A DNA stretch of 64,000 bases from Convolutriloba macropyga (Eukaryota). The stretch is from positions 33,666,001 to 33,730,000 of the forward strand of contig NC_134480.1 in NCBI RefSeq assembly GCF_964194025.1, in the 5' to 3' direction. This document shows positions 13,801 through 23,319 of the stretch, piece by piece. The notes below the pieces were generated by a model. The model searched no databases and was not told the origin of the DNA. It saw nothing but the letters and a program-made list of their open reading frames with translations. Each line of letters starts with the position of its first letter. Within the stretch, counting starts at the first letter, position 1. The translations under genes and the position numbers were made by a program.

Positions 13801-16800
13801 TTCTCATGATGCGTCAGAGTTGATCCGTCGATAGGTTGTTTGCCCGGTGGAAATGATCTGACGGATCATGAGAAGCGTGATATAAAACAAAATTTTCACC
13901 GGGAAAACAACCTATCTTCAGCTTTCCCTCCAGATTACATATCAAATGTTTTTCCACCATTGACGGCTAATACATCCAAGGCGATTCCGGCAGCTCAAAA
14001 ACAGAAGTTTAGCACTACAAGTTTAATATTTGAAATATTTTCGCATGCATTATTTATGTTGTTCGTAACTTTTTCTGCAAATTGTTTTTTCTTCGGCGAA
14101 CCAAAGAAATGCTTGTCCGAGAGTGTTCCTCAAGTTGCCCAATTGCTAAATGGAAAGTAGAATTCCATTTCTAGTGTCATTAACGCGATGGAGCCCTTTT
14201 GACATATGGACTGAGACGTTTTGGTCTCTGAACTGTCGTGGCAACTCATTTGTTTGAGAAATGACACTTGTCAAAACCGCGTGGGTTGATGTCACATATC
14301 AAGGCCTGTTTCATTACCACTGCCAACAGATGAAGTTCTCGTGCAACCTAGTTGGCCGTGCCCGCTTTACGCGAATTATTGTATAAGTAGAACGTAAGAC
14401 TTAAGTGCAGCAATTTTAATCAAGAGACATTAGGTATAATAATTCCTAAGCCAGAAGCCAGAAAGTTTTTCAAAACGAATCAGTGAAAGTCCATTGTTTC
14501 AAATCAATCGAGACAATAATTGAAACTATTAAGACGCCAAAAGGGCCAAATTTTCCCCCAAAAAATGAAAGTTACATAGTATATGCTTCAGTCAAGAGGG
14601 GATTTTTCTGAACATACTATGCAAGAAATTGTCAGATCACAACACTTCAAAGACAGGAGGTAAGAAAACACAAATTCTATTCTGACTAATTTTTTTTAAA
14701 ATGAAGCAGTGCAGAATCTCGCAGATCATTACCACTGGGAAAAAATATCCTAGCGTAAATCCTCAGCTTCTGAAAATTACATGTCAAATGTTTCTGCTCC
14801 GCTGATAGCTAATATATATATAAGGTCAATTCTTCGTTGTCAAAAATAAAACTTAGCAGAAAACCTCCATCGTTTCATGTTAGAGCCGCTATTTGAGAGT
14901 GTTCTTCAAAATGCACAGTTGCTAATTTGACAGGCGAGTTCCGTCTCTAGTGTCATTCACTTGATAGAGAATTTTTGACATAATGACAGGGGTATTTAAT
15001 TACTAATGCCTTTCGCTGAAGCTCTCCTGCAACCTGGTCAGTCTTGATGGTGGTACGTTAATTCATCCTTCGCTTTTTGTCGCGCTTCTCATGATCCGTT
15101 AGATCGATTCCACTGGGGAGAAAATGATCCTATCGTAAAGCTCCAGCTTGTCCTAAAGTTACATGTCAATTGTTTCGGCACCGCTGACGGCTAATACATC
15201 TAAGGGCAATTCTTCCTTGTCAAAACTAAAATTTAGCAGAAGAGGTCCATCGGTTTTGCTCAAAAGAGACAGTAAAAAATGATTAAAGAGCAAACAGCTT
15301 TGAAATATTGTAAAATAAAAAATAAGCGTAACTTTTTCCGAAAAATGAAAGTTACGTAGTATATGTGCTTCAGTCAGGAGGGGATTTTCCTGAACATACA
15401 AAGCAAGAAAGTGTCAAATCACAACATTTCAAAGACAAAGTAGGAAAACACAAATATAATTCTGACCAATTTTTTAAAATGAAGCAGTGCAGGGAAAAAA
15501 TGTCAGTTAACAAAATCTCTGGTCGACAAAATGTCTGATCCAATTAAATTCATAAATATTCGAAACCTTTTTACAGTAAAAAGAAATTTAAACACGGCCT
15601 TACTTCATGTTGTTACGTTAATTTTTCTGGATTTTTTTGCAAACTGTTGCCTCCTTTTTGGCCGGACAAAAAGGCGCTGTCACAGAGTGTTCCTCGAGTT
15701 GTCCGGTTGGTAATTTGACAGTCGAATTTGTCTCTAGTGTCATTCATGTGAAGGAGACCTTTGTCTCATATTGACAAGACATTTTTACCTCTGGATTGCC
15801 GCTGCTACTCTGTTGTCTGTGAATTGACATTTGTCAAACCCGCTTCAAATGGGATACTACATATGACGGCCTATTTCATTATCCTTGCCATCAGCTAACT
15901 AGCTGCAACCTGGCCAGGCGTGATGGCGGTACGTAATCGCATCCTGTGCTTTTTGTTGCTATTTTCATGATCCGTCAGATCAATTCCACTGGAAAGAAAA
16001 TCATCCTATCGTAAATCCTCTGTTTGTCCTAAAAATTAAATGTCAAATATTTTTGCACAGCTGACAGCCAATACATCCATGCGCAATTCTTCCTTGTCAA
16101 AACTAGAAGTTTAGCTTTAACAGTTACATTTTTAATTTTGCAGTAATCAAAACCTTGAACACTGCATTATTTCATGCTCTTACGCTTACATTTCGCTTTT
16201 TGCTATTTATCGGTTATTTTTTGGCTAACCGGAAAGCCGCTATTCCGGAGTGTTCAAGTGTCCCAGTTGCTAATTAGACCGACGAATTCCATATCCAATG
16301 TCATTCACGTGATAGAGCACTTTTGGCATACCGACGACGACGTTTTTGCCTCTGAACTGTCGCGGCAACGGATTGTTTGAGAACTGACCCTCGTTAAACC
16401 GGCTTGGATTGGGATGTCACATATCGCGAGCTATTTCTTTACCACTGCCAACCGCTGCAGCTCTCGTGCAAGCTAGATGGCCGTGCCTGCTTTACGTAAT
16501 TGCATTTTTTTATGGGTGTGGCACTTCTTGTGCTTCGTCAGATGATTTCGACCGTGAAAGAAATCACCCTATCAGGGATCTAGGTTTTCCTAAACATAAC
16601 ATATCAAATGCTTTCGCACCGTTGACCGCTAATACATCATTGGTCAGTTCTTTTTTGTCAAAACTAAAACTAAGACGTCCATCAGACTCAACGAAAAAAT
16701 TGATTGAGGAACAGCCACGAAATATTGTAAAAGTAAAAAAAGAAACCGACATGTGCGGTAATTGTACCCAAAGGACACATTAGGTATAACAATTGATGAG

Positions 16801-18843
16801 ACAAAAGCCGAAAAATTTAGTCAAATCTAAAAAAAATTAAGCAGAAAACTTACCTTGAGGCAAAAAATCAGGAATTTATTTTCCCAAAAATGAAAATTAA
16901 GCTGTATAGGCGTTTCAGTCAGAAGGGGATTGTTCTGAACAAACCAAGCCAGAAGTTGTCAAATGACAACACTTCAAAAACGGCAGGTAAATTAACAAAC
17001 ATCATTCCAAAAATTTTTTCAAGTTGAAGCAATGCGGGGCAATTGACAAAACCGCTCGTCGGGAGTAACCTAATTTAATTGTTTAGTATTTGGAGTAATT
17101 TAGTTTTTCCATAGTAAACAAAAAATTTAAACTGCTGTACTGCATGTTGTTACGCTAATATTTCCTGACTTTTTTGCAAATTGATGGTTTTTTTATGGCC
17201 GACAAAAGGGCCGCTCTTTGAATGTGTTCTTCAAGTTGCCCAGTTGCTAATTTGACTGGCTATTTCCATCTCTAGTTTCATTCGCGCGATGGAGCAATTT
17301 TGACATACGACGAAGACGTTTTTTTTTGCTTCTGAACTGTCTTAGAATTGACACTTGTTAATCATGGGTGAAATAGGATTTCACGTCACGGCCTCTTTCA
17401 TTACCCTTCCCAACAGATAAGTTCTCTTGCAATCTCATCGGCCGTGATGGCGTTACGTAGTTGCAGCCTTTATTTATCACGCTTATGATCCTTCAAATCT
17501 TTTCCATTGAAGAAAAATGTCCTGAAAATAACATGTCAAATAATTTTGCACCGCTGACGGCTTATACAGCTAAGGTCAATTCTTCCTTGTCAAAACTAAA
17601 GCTCAGCAGAAGAGATCCATCGGTTTTGCTCAAAAGAAACAGTAGAATAGAATGACTACGGAACCAACAGCCTTGAAATAATTTACAAATAAAAAGTAGG
17701 CGCGGTAGTTGTACTCAACAGGCGAGTTCCATCTCTACTTTCATTCATGCGATGGAGCCCTTTTGATATACCGACAAAGCCGTTTTTGTTTGGGAAATGT
17801 CTGAGAAATGACACTTGTCAATCACGAGGGGAGTGGGATGCCACATCACGGCCTGTTTCCTACTGTTTCCTACAAAAAATGATCAGGCGACAAGAGGAAC
17901 AAAATTTTGTCGAAACTAAAAATTAAGCTGAATAGATCAATCACTTTTACGCTGAGAATACAGATTAAATGAATCAGATTGGGGATAAATGAATCAGAAA
18001 AGAAGTCAATTGAGCAGATTTTTTATATCATTTTCAAAATCATTGGAGAGAAAAAAGACCGGACGTTTTGTTGAATCTAAGAATTAAGAAGCTTTAGCGC
18101 ATGTTTTTTTAAAACACAACAGACAAAATGAATGAGGAGCAGAAGGCCTGGAATATTTTTTTTCGAAAACCTTAAGCGCATCAAATGTGCTCAAAGAGAC
18201 GCTAGGCACTAATGATAGAGACGCAAAAGGCGGCAAAATCTTGTGATTATAGGCAGCCTGGGTGCAGTTTTACTAACAAGACCTTACATTTAATGAGTGA
18301 GAAACCCAGAAAATTTTCTGAAAACTTAAAATAATTAACATAGGTACGTCAGTTTTACTTAAGAGGTTAAGTAAAACGATTGAGCAAAAAGCTGAGATTT
18401 TTTTTTCAAAATAACTAAGCAGCTTTAGTTTTAGACTAGACAATATTGACGGAAATTTTTTTCAAAACCAAAAATATTGCCAGCTTAGGTGCATCAGTTT
18501 TGCTGAAAAGAGACACTACATAATTTGATTGAGGAGAAAGAGAACTTTCGATGTTTAAAATTAAGCAGCATAGGTTTGTCAGTTTTACTCTAACGATACA
18601 ACAGAAATTGATCCAGGAGGCAAAACACAGGCAATTTTGTCAAAATAAAACTCAAGCTGAAAATGTTTATCGTTTTTTTTTTCGAAAGAGGCAATACAAA
18701 ATGATTCATAGGTGAACGGGCAGCGTCTTTTGTCAAATCTAAACATTTAGCAGAAATGTATCAGTTTTACTTGAAAAAAGACCTGAGATGAAATCTTTGA
18801 GCTGCAAAAGCGAGGATATTGTGTTGAGGTAAAATTTGGCAAG
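7870..18843. repeat. Large degenerate modular repeat mosaic; resumes at ~32244-32865 beyond the LTR element
   Basis: Recurrent modules such as TGACGGCTAATACATC, TTCTTCCTTGTCAAAACTA, CTTCATGTTGTTACGC, CTTCTCATGATCCGTCAGATC and AAAATTAAGCAG...GTGCATCAGTTTTACTC occur many times in the same orientation. Segment ~7915-9450 has a diverged copy at ~10555-11830. No long ORFs. Confidence 0.8.
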
Positions 18844-18848
18844 GTTAT

Positions 18849-19084
18849 TATTATAAAGTGCTGCTTTCTATATTATTATTTTGTTTTACCTCTAGTATCT
18901 TCAGAGTAAAATGCGGGTTCAAAGCCTTATATTCAACTAACTGTTTTTTACTCTTTCCAACTCTTTCAATAAAATTCAATCAGGAGGAATACAACATTAA
19001 GGGGTTTCATCCAATAGAATTATAGCATTATTTTATATCATTCAAATATTCCTTCCAATCATGGGAGGAATGAAATTCCTCATA
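18849..19084 (-). repeat. 3' LTR (236 bp)
   Basis: By eye identical to 32003-32238 except at the first + strand base (T versus A). Preceded on the element strand by the polypurine tract. Confidence 0.95.
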
Positions 19085-19099
19085 CTCCGGCTTCTCTTC
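19085..19099 (-). promoter_or_regulatory. Polypurine tract (plus-strand primer)
   Basis: Minus strand GAAGAGAAGCCGGAG directly abuts the 3' LTR start TATGAGG. Confidence 0.8.
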
Positions 19100-19280
19100 A
19101 AAGTTTTGAGTCCGCTATTTTTTTTTACAAAGACATTGAATAAATTGTTAAGCCGCCACAGCTTTTTCATGCAAGTCATGAAGGAACAATATGAGCGTTA
19201 GAGATTCGATTTTTTCAGAGTTTTACCTCGTCATGGGTTCGAAATAATCTAAGTCATACTGAGTTTTTCAGTTTTGAAGT

Positions 19281-19556
19281 ATGCCTGCTTTTGTCATTGT
19301 CAGTTTGTTGTGTGTGTGGAGTGTGTTTTCCTGCTTTATAATACCAAAGCCAATGAATGCAACTATTGAGTGTTGCCATGACGGTGTTCATTTCCGCGTG
19401 GATGGGAAAATTGTTTCAAGCCTGCCATATTTGATTGAAGAATGCCATCAATCAATCAATTCAACCGCAATTTCCTTCAATTGCGCGCAGCGCCAATTCG
19501 TCTTGTCAGTTGGGATTTTGATGTTGTCTATTCTACTTCAATCGCTTTTCAATTAG
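19281..19556 (+). CDS. Element-encoded antisense small secreted/membrane-anchored protein (91 aa)
   Basis: ATG start, N-terminal hydrophobic signal-like stretch (MPAFVIVSLLCVWSVFSC), Cys-containing core with sequons NAT and NST, and a C-terminal hydrophobic segment (FVLSVGILMLSILLQSLFN). No family recognised. Confidence 0.5.
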   Translation: MPAFVIVSLLCVWSVFSCFIIPKPMNATIECCHDGVHFRVDGKIVSSLPYLIEECHQSINSTAISFNCAQRQFVLSVGILMLSILLQSLFN

Positions 19557-19991
19557 GCTGATGAGCCTCAAGACTGAAAACATTTTGATACTGAAAACAT
19601 CTTGTTTTATTTGTTTATCTACTTGGACTGCTTAACTTCTCCATCATGCTGTCTCTTTTGACTGTTAATTGAATGCTCTGAAAGGCTCCAAGTTTCTTCT
19701 TTTTCTGTTCTAGAGGCCATTAATTCCATTCAATTTACATATTTAACTAAGTTTTTGCGAAGATTAATTGTTTTTTTCTCAATATTCCTGCTCATCGCAT
19801 CAGCTGGCATTTTTTATCGATTGTTTTTCTGTCAATACGAGAAATTGAAGAGTTGTAAGATCATAATTAACGTTTCAGATGGCGTCAATCGCTGTCGTTT
19901 TTTCCCAATTAGCTGAATTAATCTTACTGCTTTTCGAACAACTATTGACGTCAGCAGTATTGCTTACGTAATTACTGAATAAACTACGGCA

Positions 19992-21128
19992 ATGGATAAT
20001 ACAAGGTGAGCGCTAATACTAATGAAGCAATAACTATGAGTATGCAGAGGTAGAAACAGGTTTTTTTTTTGTAGGTTTTCGATTGAGTCATGCGAGGTCG
20101 TGCGAAAGTTTCAAGGGCAATATTGGTCAATCGAGAAAATCGAAAGTTTAGGTTGGCAACAGGTGCGGAATGTTGATGGGGCAGATATCCAAACATGGGT
20201 GGATTTGGGAATACGTGCAAATTCTAAATATCCTAATATTTGTACTGAGAATGGTTGGCCACGCTTTCCTCTCGAGATTAAGAACGAACGGTTCTTCAAT
20301 ATTTGCCCCAATTTTTGCAGACATTTAAGAAGTTCTTCGGAGTGGTCAGATGTTATTAATGACTATCAATCACAAAATAAAATAACGAAGTATTGCAATA
20401 TTTCACCTTCATATTTTGCATCTTCTGGTTGCACTTTTAGTATCGGGGGTGTGATTGATTTTTCGCTCCCTGCGGGGCTACTGTTAACAAAGACAGATGG
20501 TATGGTTCAAGAAGGCGAATGGTTCACTCAGCCACACATTGAGATAGGAGGGGACGATAGTATATCTAAAGTTCCTTTTGGTGACAAACTTTTCGTTATA
20601 TGTGAGCGAGGAGCCGCCTCGGCCAATTTTGATCGTCTTATCACTACACCTCAAGATTTTATTCAATTTTTATTGAAGGGTCCACAGAATACAACTGACA
20701 AGAATACAGTAAGATTCTATTTCCCTAAAAGTTCGTCGTTTTTGTGTCAGCCCGCTCTCTGCTGTCATGCAGTGCTGACTCGATCTGGTCGTTCTTTTGT
20801 GTGTGGTTGGGAAGCCACTATTTTAGACGATCGCAGTCGGTGTTCGGATGTACTGCGATTTTATTGCTACGGCTCGCGACGTGATTTTATTCGCAGTATG
20901 GTTTCGAGAGAGGGAATTGAAAAGACCATAGAATATCTCCGTTTGAAAATCGCAAGTGACACGGATATTTTAAATGACGCGCTGGAGCATTTACTATCGT
21001 TCGAGAATTCGGGTGTTGTTGTCCACTCGGAAAAAAAATCTATCGCTGGTCGGCCACGTGTATCGAAAAAGAAGAAACTTGCCTTGCGTCTTCCTTGTGT
21101 TAAAGCAAAGAAGGGAAAGGAATCCTAA
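19992..21128 (+). CDS. Element-encoded antisense JmjC-domain Fe(II)/2-oxoglutarate dioxygenase (KDM2/KDM7-like); predicted join(19992..20005,20075..21128), 355 aa
   Basis: The ORF 20100-21128 contains WFTQPHIEIGGDDSISKVPFGDKLFVI and LCQPALCCHAVLT, matching KDM2/KDM7 [27 protein letters not shown] and FIPTGWIHAVLT. It lacks a 5' ATG, but a GT-AG intron at 20006-20074 joins ATG 19992 in frame. Basic C-terminus; AATAAA at 21208-21213. Confidence 0.8.
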
Positions 21129-21361
21129 CAATAGGTAAGTTGATGCTTCCATATTTTTTTGTCGATGAATAATGTTTCGTTTCTCTCAAACGCGCGTTTT
21201 ATGACAAAATAAAATTTTGAATTCTTCGGCACAATTATTTGATGAATTGTGTCTTTTGCTTGGAATTCGAAGTTCAAGGCAATAAAAGATTTTGCAGGGG
21301 GTTGATAATAATTAATAGCTGATGCTCTATGACGACCGTAAAAGCAAGGAATTTGCTTCAT
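21125..21361 (-). CDS. Element accessory ORF, 78 aa, unknown function
   Basis: ATG-started ORF whose stop overlaps the JmjC stop. Pattern similarity to the neighbouring ORF at 21539-21883. Confidence 0.45.
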   Translation of the reverse strand: MKQIPCFYGRHRASAINYYQPPAKSFIALNFEFQAKDTIHQIIVPKNSKFYFVIKRAFERNETLFIDKKIWKHQLTYC

Positions 21362-21538
21362 TGTGCTTTAAATAGCAGATTTATGTGTCAAAGAAATTTT
21401 AAGTTCGAATAAAATAACTGATCATACGAAAGTTTCAAATAATTTACCAGACGATAATGTTAATGTTTTTGGTAGTTTAATTATCTTGTTTGGTATCAAT
21501 TACATAGGGTAACAAAGCTGTGTAGCGGTTTTTTGAAG

Positions 21539-21883
21539 TTAAGTGTTTATGTCTTCCAAATCGATATCCACACTTTTTTCACCGTAAGCAAATGCCCATA
21601 AAATCTGGCCTCCATATAAGGAGCTGGGATAAATATAAACGGTTTTTCTCCCGTACACAACTGGTGAAAGTAGATATAAAATTATATATTCACAATTTCT
21701 GGGAATTTCTAGATCAGTTAGTAAGGCATTTTGTCCTCGATGTTTTATTTGAATATACTGAAGAGCTGGTTGAAATGGGATTGGCTCGAGGTTTAGGGTT
21801 GTATTCCATGAGATAATCCGGTCGAGTTGCTTTCTGATGAGACTTTTTGCTTTTCTGTTATGAATAGGGTTTTCAACATTCAT
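21539..21883 (-). CDS. Element accessory ORF, 114 aa from the first ATG (frame open to 21967), unknown function
   Basis: Long open frame in very AT-rich DNA with globular-looking composition. Co-oriented with its neighbours and with gag/pol/env. Confidence 0.5.
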   Translation of the reverse strand: MNVENPIHNRKAKSLIRKQLDRIISWNTTLNLEPIPFQPALQYIQIKHRGQNALLTDLEIPRNCEYIILYLLSPVVYGRKTVYIYPSSLYGGQILWAFAYGEKSVDIDLEDINT

Positions 21884-22059
21884 TCTTTCAGATTTTATGA
21901 ATCTTTTGCTGTAAGTAATGTGGGCGAAAGAGGAATTGTTTAATGTATTGATAACAATGCTGAACAAATTGTTTTAAAGGATAAGAACAACAAAGGGTGT
22001 TTACAATGATTAAGTTAAGAGTTGGCTATTAAGAGATTTCCTGTTGTAATCAAACTTCT

Positions 22060-22368
22060 CTAAGAATCGACAGTGCAAGGATTGTTCAAAATGTCCAGAT
22101 TTATTTCTTCGGAATGGCGCAATTGATGAAGCATAGCTAAGCAATGTGGTTGACTGACAGGTTTCCAGCAAATCATTAGTTTTTGTTTTTCCTGCGTTTC
22201 TACAAAGAAGGCTATTATTTTTTCAGATTCTGATGTGTAACATTTAACAATTTTTGTTACCCGATTTGCATAAATTAGAGTGTCCTGGTCCAGGAAGTAA
22301 ATATTAAATGATCTCCAACTAGTTAAATGCTTTCGCAACGAAAGTTGTTCAGTTGTAAGGAAAGCCAT
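22060..22368 (-). CDS. Element accessory ORF, 102 aa (MAFLTTEQLS...), unknown function
   Basis: ATG at 22368. First of three tandem sense ORFs downstream of env. Confidence 0.45.
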   Translation of the reverse strand: MAFLTTEQLSLRKHLTSWRSFNIYFLDQDTLIYANRVTKIVKCYTSESEKIIAFFVETQEKQKLMICWKPVSQPHCLAMLHQLRHSEEINLDILNNPCTVDS

Positions 22369-23319
22369 CGTTAACAAATTTTTTTTTTTAAAAGAAAACT
22401 CAAATTAGTGAGGTTTTTGCGTGAAAGAGAATTATAATTTTAACATCGAAGTGTGGGAATACTAATGAATGTTGAGACTTTTTTGGTGTAGATGTATTGA
22501 AACTATGACACGGAATTTCTTTTTTTCGGAATATTGTTTTTCAGTTGTTAAGATACGGAACTGTTCAAGAATAATTCAACGATAAAAATTTTCAATTATT
22601 TGTGTGTAATTTTTCGCACTTCTAAATTTAAGGGAATGTATTAGCCAATGAGAAGAGAGAACGGTCATAAATTAAAAGAAGGAAATAAAAATAATGGTGT
22701 TTCCAAAAACAAATAAAAGCGTGCATGGTGAACGTTTTCATTTCCTGTTTGTGATATTCGCTGAAAAGTAACAACTGACTGTAACTGGAAATAAGAATAA
22801 TTTCCCCGGCTCTATCTGGAACTTTTTAGTTGTTTCAAGTAATCGAATAGGTGAAGGAGACAATAATACAACTTTCTGTGTAACAGTTTTTCCTAAAAGT
22901 TATTTGGTGCTGAGAAATCGTTCTTTAAGACTCGTAAATTTTAAGAAAAATAATAGCGGCATTGTTACTCAAATAATACAAATAATGACTTGATACAACC
23001 CAGAGAGAGAAAATTCTCATGACGAGTCAACTACACGTGAAGTAAACTACTTTTGTGTACATCAATTTTTTTTTTATTATTTTTTTTAAGAAAAGGCATA
23101 AGTAAGGGTATGCACGAGAGTGTTCCAGAAGTTGAAATAAAGGGAAAGTTTAATACTTTTCAGGATTGAATTCCTGCCGGTTTTCAACCCCAAAAATGCG
23201 TTTGGTGCAATAAAATTTGAAAATTTTTTGAAGGCATAGGACTTAGCCATTTTTTTTTTTGCAATTTGTGTTTTGTTTTTGATAATTTTTTATGAATAAT
23301 ATGGATATTTCTGGTTCAA

